IMG/VR virus record: IMGVR_UViG_3300028024_000007
Span: 1,650 to 65,649 of that record
Source: a virus
DNA: 64,000 nucleotides
Reading direction: 5' to 3' (one strand)
The notes under the pieces were generated by a model. The model saw nothing but the letters and a program-made list of their open reading frames with translations, made no database searches and was not told the origin of the DNA. The translations under genes and the position numbers were made by a program. Shown here one piece after another: positions 42,913 through 51,044 of this stretch. How positions within the stretch are numbered: position 1 is the first letter of the stretch; each line of letters begins with the position of its first letter.

Positions 42913-45081
42913 GTGGGGCTGACCGACGCGACCGCCCCGGTGGGCCTGGCGACCGACCAGGCCGCGCGCCAGGGCGTGAAGTACGTCTACCGGCCGGCGC
43001 TGGTGGCGCGCCTGACGATCCGGCTGGAGGACTTCGGCAACGACGACGGTCCGATCGCGCTGCAGGAGGGGGCGCCCCCGAAGTCCAAGGCGGCGCGCGC
43101 GGCGGTCGCGGCCTCGTTCGCGGCCGGGCTCCAGGCGATCCGCCGCGCCTCGGGCGACGCGGACATCCGCGCGGACGCCGAGGCGATCCGGACGCGGAAG
43201 CGGGCGGCGGCCGGCCGGTCGGACCGGATGGGGGCGGCGGACGCGGCGGCGCCGCTCAACGTCCCCGGCGACGACCTGACGATCCAGGTGGCGGTGGTAC
43301 CGATCGGCCTGTCGCTCGAGCTGCAGGGGTTCAAGACGGCGGACCACCTGTCGATCCAGATCCCCCTCGGCGACTTCCCCGTGGTTCCGGACATCGTCCG
43401 GGCCGTCCTGGTGGAGGTGTTCTTCGGGACGGTGGCGGCCGACGACTACACCGACCCGACCCGGTGGATCCCCCAGCTGTTCCACACGGCGCCGGTGTTC
43501 CGCGGCTACGCGGAGGAGGAGGACATCGAGGCGTCCGACTCCGACCTCCAGCTGACGATCGACGCGCACAGCCTGGAGAAGCGCCTGATGGAGGCGAAGT
43601 TCGACCCGTTCGCCAAGGAGCGCCGGGTGGCGGCCGGCGGAGAGGACCTGGCCGACTACGTCCGGAAGATCCTGGCGGTGGTCCCCGAGTTCAACGGCAG
43701 CCTGGGGAGCGCCATCGGCGTCCGGTACTTCCCGAACGTCGACCCGGCCAAGGCGCCCCGGATCGACGGGAAGCGCCTGAAGCGGTCGCTCCAGAGCGCC
43801 CAGTCGCGCGCGGCCGCCGGCGGCGCCGTCCAGGGGGGGCTGCCCCCGGGCATGGACCCCGGCGCCGACCCGGGCGGCGGGACGCCCGCCGGCGTGGGCT
43901 ACCCGACCCCGGCCCCGACCACGGAGATCACGGTGTGGGACCTGGTCACGCGCGCCTGCCTGCTCTCCGGGATGATCCCGATCTACGACCCGTCGATCGT
44001 GGTCACGGAGCCCGACGGGTCGGTCAACCCGATCGGCGCGAACAGCATCCTGATCGTCCCGCCGCAGAACATCAAGGAGACACCCCAGGGCGGCCTCACG
44101 ATCCCCGGCGGACCGGCCGACGGGTTCTCCCGCCAGGTGACGCTCGGCGGGACGAGCGAGGTCACGACCCAGGTGCGGCTGCTCGTGTGGGGGAAGAACC
44201 TGCGCAAGTACAAGATGGGCAGGAAGTACGGGCGCAACAGCCGCGTCCCGCGCGTCCGGGTCATCTGCCACAACCCCGACGGCCGCCCCGGGGAGCGGAC
44301 GCTCGAGGCCGTGTTCCCCAAGACGCCGCGCGCCACCGCCGTCAGCGCGGCCGGGACGGGCGCCGCCGGCGCCGCGCAGGGGCACCAGCCGATCGAGGAG
44401 GAGGTGGTCCGGGTGGTCCGAGAGATCCGCTCGAAGGAGGACCTGGAGCGGATCGCGGTCGCGCTCTACCACCTCATCAGCCAGCACGAGGTCACCGCGA
44501 CCATCGAGACGGACGAGCTGTCGAGCTACATCGACCCCACCCGGCCCGAGAGCCACAACGAGAATCCCGACCTGCTCCGGCTCCGCCCGGGGGCGTGCGT
44601 CCGCGTCATGGTGGCGCGCTCGGTCGAGGACCCGGCCTCGGGCGACGTCGCCACGGACGGGCTCTCCCAGCTCATGGACCGGCGGAGCAACCCGGCGTTC
44701 CTCCGCAAGGCGCTTCTCGACAACCCGAACAGCCAGGCCTACATCGCCGCCGGCCAGCGCCCGGCCCTCGAGCGGGCCCTGGCCCGGATCGACGCCGCCT
44801 ACCAGACCGCCAAGCTGACCGACTGGTTCTACGTCCGCTCCGTGTGCTACCGGTGGAGCGCGGACGAGGGGTTCCAGCTCACGATCGAGCTCGCCGGGTA
44901 CCAGGAGGCCAGGAACAACCCCGCGTCGCTCTCAGCGCAGGACAAGGCGTCTGACGACCACTACAAGGCGAGGGTCAGCGGCAAGAAGCCGGACGCCCGC
45001 GCGGCCGCCCTGGAGGCGAACAAGGACCAGGTCCTCCTCCGCCTGGCCCAGGCCGCCGTCCGGCGGGGTGGCACGCCGTGA
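42913..45081 (+). CDS. Baseplate hub protein (gp27/gpD-like)
   Basis: Size and position; LRLRPG..V.V and WFYVRSVCYRWS..EGF..TIEL motifs. Confidence 0.65.
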   Translation: MGLTDATAPVGLATDQAARQGVKYVYRPALVARLTIRLEDFGNDDGPIALQEGAPPKSKAARAAVAASFAAGLQAIRRASGDADIRADAEAIRTRKRAAAGRSDRMGAADAAAPLNVPGDDLTIQVAVVPIGLSLELQGFKTADHLSIQIPLGDFPVVPDIVRAVLVEVFFGTVAADDYTDPTRWIPQLFHTAPVFRGYAEEEDIEASDSDLQLTIDAHSLEKRLMEAKFDPFAKERRVAAGGEDLADYVRKILAVVPEFNGSLGSAIGVRYFPNVDPAKAPRIDGKRLKRSLQSAQSRAAAGGAVQGGLPPGMDPGADPGGGTPAGVGYPTPAPTTEITVWDLVTRACLLSGMIPIYDPSIVVTEPDGSVNPIGANSILIVPPQNIKETPQGGLTIPGGPADGFSRQVTLGGTSEVTTQVRLLVWGKNLRKYKMGRKYGRNSRVPRVRVICHNPDGRPGERTLEAVFPKTPRATAVSAAGTGAAGAAQGHQPIEEEVVRVVREIRSKEDLERIAVALYHLISQHEVTATIETDELSSYIDPTRPESHNENPDLLRLRPGACVRVMVARSVEDPASGDVATDGLSQLMDRRSNPAFLRKALLDNPNSQAYIAAGQRPALERALARIDAAYQTAKLTDWFYVRSVCYRWSADEGFQLTIELAGYQEARNNPASLSAQDKASDDHYKARVSGKKPDARAAALEANKDQVLLRLAQAAVRRGGTP

Positions 45082-45863
45082 GGGCCCGGTCCATCCCGGC
45101 CCGCCGCGCCCTGGACATGACGCGGTTCGCGGAGGGGCTCCGGTCCGCCGGGCTCGACCTGCGCCACTGGGTCAGCTACGCGACCGTGGCGGTGGTGGAC
45201 GACGCCACCGGCAAGCCCGACTTCACGAACCGGAACGCCGTCGTCGTCACCCCGAGCGGCGCCGAGGTGGACCTGGTACTCGAGCCCAGCATGCACCCGG
45301 TGACGGCGCGCTGGGGCTGGGGCGGCGGCCGGGCCCACTTCCACTGCCCGCTCGAGCCGGGGGACCAGGTGATCGTCGGGTTCCCGGACGGCGACGTGTC
45401 GATGGTCCCCCAGGTCCTGGCCGCCGTGACCGGCGCCTCGGCGCCCATGCCGGTGGGGGACGACGGGCTCCCCCTGTTCAAGAACGACCGGGTCCTGCTC
45501 CACGCGCGCGGCGTCCCGGTCGAGATCGTGACGGACGGCGGGTCGCGCGTCCTGCTCGAGGCCGGCGGCGCCGTCCAGGTTGAGAACAAGAACGGGACGG
45601 TCCGGATCGATCCGGACGGGACGGTCCGCCTGCACGGCGCCGGCGCCCAGGAGGCGTTCCTGAAGGGCTCCACCTACCGCCAGGCGGAGGCCCAGCTGAA
45701 CGGTGAGGGTACCGGCCTGGCGGGGGCCTTCGCCGCGCTCCAGGCGGCTGCCGTGGGCCCGCTGGCGGCCCTGCAGCCCGGGTTCGCCACCGCCCACGCC
45801 GCGCTCCTCGCGTTCGAGGCGCAGGCCTCCCAGTTCTTGTCGAGCGCAATCAAAGGCGAGTAG
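45078..45863 (+). CDS. Baseplate central spike (gpV/gp5-like)
   Basis: OB-fold PLEPGDQVIVGFPDGD, followed by short beta repeats (VQVENKNGTVRIDPDGTVRLHG). Confidence 0.8.
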   Translation: MRARSIPARRALDMTRFAEGLRSAGLDLRHWVSYATVAVVDDATGKPDFTNRNAVVVTPSGAEVDLVLEPSMHPVTARWGWGGGRAHFHCPLEPGDQVIVGFPDGDVSMVPQVLAAVTGASAPMPVGDDGLPLFKNDRVLLHARGVPVEIVTDGGSRVLLEAGGAVQVENKNGTVRIDPDGTVRLHGAGAQEAFLKGSTYRQAEAQLNGEGTGLAGAFAALQAAAVGPLAALQPGFATAHAALLAFEAQASQFLSSAIKGE

Positions 45864-45866
45864 TCT
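45837..45866 (+). promoter_or_regulatory. Putative leaderless promoter overlapping the spike stop
   Basis: TTGTCG-N18-TAGTCT, with GTG 6 nt later. Confidence 0.55.
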
Positions 45867-45872
45867 CGGGCC

Positions 45873-46736
45873 GTGGCCCTGAAGTCAGCCGGATACGGTC
45901 GCGAGGCGTACGGTGACCCGTTCGGGGGCGGCGGCCCGATCAGCGTCGTCCGGGCGCTGGCGGTGGCGGGCCAGGTCGTCCGGGTGACGTTCTCCGAGGA
46001 GCCGCTCCACCGGACCCCCGCGGGCGCGCGCGACGCGCTCAACGTCGCGAACTACGTGTTCTCCGTGGTCGACGGCCAGGCCACCGCGCCGGCGGCGGTC
46101 GGGGTGAGCCGCGACCTGGTGGTGGGCCCGGCCTACGGCGTGGGCAACGGGACCGACGCCGGGGACGAGCGGGCCCTCGACGTCCACGTGGACCGGCAAC
46201 TGGTCGTGGGGATCCGCTACCGGGTGTTCGTAAAGAACGTCGACAGTCTGGTCGGCGGGGAGATCGGCGCGCCGTACACCGCCGACTTCAGCGGTGTCAC
46301 GCTCCTCCAGGAGACCCAGCGCCCCCAGCGGCGCCAGGACCTGACCGACTTCCTGAGCGTCCAGGGCCACTGGGTGATCGACGACGGCGGCGACGTCGTC
46401 CCCGAACCGCCCCAGGTCGACGCACCCGACGTCGGCATCCGGAAGCGGGTCCTGCGGCGCCTCGGGACCAGCCGCGGGGCGTTCTCGTTCCTCTCCGGGT
46501 ACGGCCTGCGCATCCCGCTGAAGGGCGTGGCCACGACCGCCAAGATGTCCGAGCTCCGGGACGAGGCCGGCCCCCAGCTCCGCCGCGAGCCGGAGGCGCA
46601 GGACGTCTCCGTCTCGGTCTCCGTGAGCGGCCTGGGCGTGACCACGGTGGACGCCCGGATCAAGACCAGGAAGACCGGGGTCGTCCCCGTGAAGCTCGCC
46701 GTCGACCAGGCGGGACAGGTGGTGTCCGTTGGGTGA
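45873..46736 (+). CDS. Baseplate wedge protein with C-terminal gp25/gpW-like domain
   Basis: IRKRVLRRLGTSRGAFSFLSGYG...L..EPE...VSVSV motif. Confidence 0.7.
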   Translation: MALKSAGYGREAYGDPFGGGGPISVVRALAVAGQVVRVTFSEEPLHRTPAGARDALNVANYVFSVVDGQATAPAAVGVSRDLVVGPAYGVGNGTDAGDERALDVHVDRQLVVGIRYRVFVKNVDSLVGGEIGAPYTADFSGVTLLQETQRPQRRQDLTDFLSVQGHWVIDDGGDVVPEPPQVDAPDVGIRKRVLRRLGTSRGAFSFLSGYGLRIPLKGVATTAKMSELRDEAGPQLRREPEAQDVSVSVSVSGLGVTTVDARIKTRKTGVVPVKLAVDQAGQVVSVG

Positions 46737-46765
46737 CCTGCACGTAACGAAGGGAGGGTAGGCAA

Positions 46766-47875
46766 ATCGGCGACCTCCCAAATCGCAGTGATTTATTCGC
46801 TATCGGCAGGCGCTACATAGTCACGGCGCCGAACACGCGGATCAACCCGCTGGTCGTCGACGTCGAGGGATCCGACGTCAACCTTGTAGTCGGCCAGTCG
46901 TCGCTCATGGGCGAGGCCATCGTCGCCAGCTGGGCGAAGTGCATGCGTGACCTGTTCGTCGACACCGCCCGCGGCGCGGCGCTCGACCGGATCGCGTTCG
47001 ACCGCTTCGGCGTCACGCGCAAGCCGGCGTCCGCCGCCACCGTCGACATCAACCTCCACCGCACGAGCGCGGCCGCGGGCGGCGGGACCGTCGCGGCGGG
47101 TACGCGCCTGACGACCGCCTCGGGGTCGGTGTTCGCGGTCGAGGTCGACGTGGTGTTCGGGCCGACCGACCTGTCCAAGAACGCGCCGTCCGTGGCGCAG
47201 GTCGTCGGGCCTTCGATGAACGTCCCGGCGGGGACGGCCTGGGTGATCTCCGACTCCCTGTTCGACCCGTCGATCGTCGCGACCAACTCGACCAACCCGG
47301 CGGCGGGCGGGTCCGACGCGGAGAGCGACGCGCAGTTCCGGGGTCGGATCCGGAGCTACTTCCTGACGCTCCGGCGCGCCACGGTGGGGGCCATCCAGTA
47401 CGCCGCCACCACGATCCCCGGCGTCTCCGTCTCGAGCGCGTACGAGATCGTGAACCCGGGGAACGCGCTGCCCGCCGGGGCGGTCGAGCTCATCATCGGC
47501 GACGACGACGGCAACGCCTCGTCCGACATGCTCCAGTCCGTCCGAGACATCCTCCTGCAGTTCCGGGCCTGCGGGATCCCCGTGTTCCTCTCGGGCGGCG
47601 ACGTGGCCTTCGAGAGCGTCGTCTACAAGCTCGGGTTCGCCCCCGGCGTGGACACCATCCGCGCCGCGAACGAGGTCCGCTCGGTGGTGGTCGCCATGGC
47701 CCAGTTCCTGAACCCGGGGCAGCGGCTCCTGCGGTCCGACCTGATCGGGGCGGCCCGGTCGGTCCCCGGCGTGGTCGTCGCGGACGACGCGCTGGTGGCC
47801 CCGGTCGGGGACATCATCCCGGACGACAACCAGCAGCTCCTCCGCGTGCGCCCAGAGGACGTGTCGTTCACGTGA
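46766..47875 (+). CDS. Baseplate J-like protein (probable non-canonical ATC start; the track starts it at 46907)
   Basis: A.GAALDR...FG.TRK.A..AT, AAGGSDAESD..FR.R and GAVELII.D motifs. The in-frame extension from 46766 follows a GGAGG RBS. Confidence 0.85.
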   Translation: MGDLPNRSDLFAIGRRYIVTAPNTRINPLVVDVEGSDVNLVVGQSSLMGEAIVASWAKCMRDLFVDTARGAALDRIAFDRFGVTRKPASAATVDINLHRTSAAAGGGTVAAGTRLTTASGSVFAVEVDVVFGPTDLSKNAPSVAQVVGPSMNVPAGTAWVISDSLFDPSIVATNSTNPAAGGSDAESDAQFRGRIRSYFLTLRRATVGAIQYAATTIPGVSVSSAYEIVNPGNALPAGAVELIIGDDDGNASSDMLQSVRDILLQFRACGIPVFLSGGDVAFESVVYKLGFAPGVDTIRAANEVRSVVVAMAQFLNPGQRLLRSDLIGAARSVPGVVVADDALVAPVGDIIPDDNQQLLRVRPEDVSFT

Positions 47876-48099
47876 GCGCGGTCGTACTCGCGGCGGTCTT
47901 CGAGACGGAGGAGAGCGCCATGGCCTTCGCGCGCGAGGGCGCCGGCCAGCTCCTGGGCGTGACGGTCGTCAGGAACCGGCCGTCCGCGGCGTGCTGCTAC
48001 TGCCGGGACGGCACGTGCGTCCAGCTGATCCAGACGTACGGGCCGTCGGCGGAGAGCCCGGACGGGTTCGACGTCGTCGTCCACGACCAGGTAGGCTGA
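47872..48099 (+). CDS. Small hypothetical protein inside the baseplate cluster
   Basis: GTGA-coupled; CCYC...C motif. Confidence 0.5.
   Translation: MSAVVLAAVFETEESAMAFAREGAGQLLGVTVVRNRPSAACCYCRDGTCVQLIQTYGPSAESPDGFDVVVHDQVG
48068..48097 (+). promoter_or_regulatory. Putative leaderless promoter
   Basis: TCGACG-N18-TAGGCT, with ATG 6 nt later. Confidence 0.5.
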
Positions 48100-48103
48100 G
48101 CCG

Positions 48104-49522
48104 ATGGCGCTCCCCGAGACCGCCGACAGCCTGCTCGAGCTACTCCGCGCGAACACGGACGAGTTCGGCTGGCTGCAGCCGCTCCTCGACGACCCCGACT
48201 CGGCCGCGCTGGTGGGGGCGACGGTGGCGATCTTCGGCCGCCTGGGGCCGGCGGTCCTGCACAACCGGGACGCGGCCCTGATCTCGGCGTGCTCGGCCGG
48301 GCAGCACGGGACGTGCCAGGTGACGATGACTCGCGCCGGCGGCTCGTCCGGGACGATCCCACACGGCTACCCGTTCGTCGACCAGCGCGGGTGCCGGGCG
48401 ATCACGCAGACGGACGTCCCGGTGGTGATCGGCCAGACGACCGTCGTCCTGCAGCTCGAGACCGTCCGGCAGACCGAGCTCGTCAACACGGCGGATGACC
48501 CCGGGTTCGAAGTCGCCCCGGACGCCCCCGGTGTCATCGCCAACTTCTCGATCAGCAACCTGATCGGGCCGGTCGGCGACCCGGCCAACGGCGGCGGGAC
48601 GTTCGTCGCGGTCGCGTCGTCCACCCCGATCCAGGGCGGGGCGGCGGACTACCTGACCGTCCACGGCGACGAGCGCGGGGCGCTCCGCCAGACGGGCGAG
48701 ACCGAGTCGGACTACCGGGCCCGGATCCGCAACGTCCCCGACGCGGTGTCGCCGGTCGCGGTGGCCGACGTGGTCGGGGCCACCGGCCAGGTCGACGGCG
48801 TCCCCACGTTCCGCGTGCTCGAGCCGTTCCGGGACCTGGCGACCCCCGCGCTGAAGGAGCTGCATCACCTGGGCAGCTTCGACACGGTCGCATTCGACGC
48901 CACCCCGGCGCCTGGGAACGCCGACTTCCTGGACGACGACGAGCTCGAGCTCGGGGACCGGCGCACGATCCGCGCCTACTTCCGGGTCCAGGGCCAGGAC
49001 TACGCGCGCGACGTCGGGATGCTGGCGATGTTCTACGAGGACGGGTACTACGACGACCCGATCCACGGGTACGCGGACGCGTGGATCGGGTTCCCGCCGG
49101 AGGTCCTGGCCGGCATCCTGTCGATGCTCCGCGCGGTCCAGGGCGCGAAGGCGGGGGGCGTCAACTTCGACGTCTACATGCGCGACCCGGACGTGGTCTA
49201 CGGCGTGGGCGCGACGACCAGCGCGACCCTGACCCAGGTGTTCGACCTCATCGCCCCGGCGTTCGACTCGTGGATGATCATGGAAGTGACGGCCGGGGTC
49301 GACTCGCCGAACCCGGTCCCGGCGTCGGCCTGGAACCTGTTCTTCACGCTCATCGACAACTCCACGATCTCGATCGACGGCAGCGGGTACGGGACGGTGC
49401 GCGTGCCGGTGGCGGTCGGCAAGGCCGTCCACCGCGTCCAGGGGTCGGTGAAGTCCGACGGGTCCACGGCCGTGAACCTGGTGATGACCATGCGCGTCCA
49501 CCTGATGTACGGCCTGTACTGA
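48104..49522 (+). CDS. Baseplate wedge / gpI-like protein
   Basis: RQTGETESDYRARI...D.VSP.A motif; follows baseplate J. Confidence 0.65.
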   Translation: MALPETADSLLELLRANTDEFGWLQPLLDDPDSAALVGATVAIFGRLGPAVLHNRDAALISACSAGQHGTCQVTMTRAGGSSGTIPHGYPFVDQRGCRAITQTDVPVVIGQTTVVLQLETVRQTELVNTADDPGFEVAPDAPGVIANFSISNLIGPVGDPANGGGTFVAVASSTPIQGGAADYLTVHGDERGALRQTGETESDYRARIRNVPDAVSPVAVADVVGATGQVDGVPTFRVLEPFRDLATPALKELHHLGSFDTVAFDATPAPGNADFLDDDELELGDRRTIRAYFRVQGQDYARDVGMLAMFYEDGYYDDPIHGYADAWIGFPPEVLAGILSMLRAVQGAKAGGVNFDVYMRDPDVVYGVGATTSATLTQVFDLIAPAFDSWMIMEVTAGVDSPNPVPASAWNLFFTLIDNSTISIDGSGYGTVRVPVAVGKAVHRVQGSVKSDGSTAVNLVMTMRVHLMYGLY

Positions 49523-49534
49523 CCGGCCCGGAGA

Positions 49535-49564
49535 TAGACAGGCCGTCGGGCGATCGCTTAGCCT
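49535..49564 (+). promoter_or_regulatory. Putative leaderless promoter
   Basis: TAGACA-N18-TAGCCT, with ATG 7 nt later. Confidence 0.55.
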
Positions 49565-49571
49565 CGGTCGC

Positions 49572-51038
49572 ATGGGCGGATCTCACTTCTCCCGGGTCAA
49601 CGAGAACGCGCGAGAGCAGGTCCTCTCGGGCGACCTCAACCGCGGCCTGGACCTGCACTCCCGGGAGATCCAGGACTCCCTGGCCTACCTGAGCTCGGAC
49701 TTCGACAGCAACGCGCCGTTCTCCGGCGCCATCCAGCTCCCGCCCGTCACCGGCGACGCCGGCGGGTTCACGGCGACGGTGGGCGCCGGGCGCGGGTTCT
49801 CGTGGGACCCGACGTTCCCCGGCCTGACCGCCGACGACAGCGCCTACCTGGTCCTCCGGTGGGCGTCCACGCTGCTGACGTTCGCCTCCCCCGACAGCAC
49901 GAACGGGCGCATCGACGTGATCTGCGGGACCGTCACCGGGCAGGACACCGACCTGCAGAGCCGGAACATCCTGGTCGACCCGACCACGCGGTCCATCACG
50001 CCGAACAACGTGTTCAAGACCAGCAACCCGCTGACCGTGCTCTCCGTCGTGACGGGGACTGCGGCCGGGTCGCCGCAGGGCCCGACGATCCCCGCCCACC
50101 TGGTCCCGATCTACGAGGTGTACGTGCCGCCCGGCGTGGCGAACGCCTCGTTCTTCAGGTTCTTCCCGCGCCTCTGGCGCAAGGCGCTCTACCCGATGAG
50201 CGCGATCAACACCGTCGTGTCCGACTGCAAGCTGCTCTGGGACATGACCGTCGACCCGGCCTCCGTCGCCGCCGAGATGTCGATGAACAACAACGCCAAG
50301 CACGCGGCGATCATCGACGGGGAGATGATCACGTGGACCGGGTCTCCCAAGGTCGTCCAGGACTCGACGGCCAACCCGTTCGGCAGCGCCGCCCCAGCGA
50401 CGGCCGCGCGCCCCTACTACGTCTACCTGTGCGCCGGCCGCAACCAGCCGCAGCTCGCGCTCGGCGGGACGGGCCTGCTGGCGGGCGCCCTGCCGCTCCC
50501 GGTGGTGCTCGTCGAGAGCACCGTACCCCCAGACCCGAACGGTCGCCCGTCCGGGACCATCACCACGCCGCGCGGCACGACGCAGCGGGGGGCGCTCTAC
50601 GTGGGGCTCGGGTTCGTCTACCGCGGGACCACGAACCGCCAGAACTGCATCCAGGCGGGTGGCATCACGTGGGCGGCGCGCGGCGTCCTGGAGGCTCTCG
50701 CCAGCGCGACGTCCCCCACGGTGTTCCTGTCCATCCCCGCTCCCACCAGCCACTCCGACCTGACTGCGAAGGTGCGCTGCGTCCTCAGTTCAACCGGCGC
50801 GCAGATCAACGCCGGCATCTCGATCAACCCGTCGGCTGCCGGCGTCCCCGCCGGCACGGGGCTGGGCACGATCGACGAGGAGGCGATCGGGGCCTCCGGG
50901 GTCATCGGATTCGTGCGCACGCTCGACATCCCGCTGGGAGTGGGGTCCAACGGGATCGCCTGGCTCACGTACAACGCCAGCAACGTCGGCTTCACGATCC
51001 TCGGGTACTCCCACGGCGTCCACCGGCTGGCGGGCTAA
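49572..51038 (+). CDS. Baseplate-proximal fibre attachment protein
   Basis: RIDVI and P.IPA..VPIYEVYVP motifs; position between wedge and fibres. Confidence 0.6.
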   Translation: MGGSHFSRVNENAREQVLSGDLNRGLDLHSREIQDSLAYLSSDFDSNAPFSGAIQLPPVTGDAGGFTATVGAGRGFSWDPTFPGLTADDSAYLVLRWASTLLTFASPDSTNGRIDVICGTVTGQDTDLQSRNILVDPTTRSITPNNVFKTSNPLTVLSVVTGTAAGSPQGPTIPAHLVPIYEVYVPPGVANASFFRFFPRLWRKALYPMSAINTVVSDCKLLWDMTVDPASVAAEMSMNNNAKHAAIIDGEMITWTGSPKVVQDSTANPFGSAAPATAARPYYVYLCAGRNQPQLALGGTGLLAGALPLPVVLVESTVPPDPNGRPSGTITTPRGTTQRGALYVGLGFVYRGTTNRQNCIQAGGITWAARGVLEALASATSPTVFLSIPAPTSHSDLTAKVRCVLSSTGAQINAGISINPSAAGVPAGTGLGTIDEEAIGASGVIGFVRTLDIPLGVGSNGIAWLTYNASNVGFTILGYSHGVHRLAG

Positions 51039-51044
51039 CCGGAC

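Noticed and set aside
46907-47875. Track start of baseplate J at Met 46907
   Set aside because: It has no RBS and leaves 141 nt of in-frame protein-like sequence and a well-placed GGAGG unexplained.
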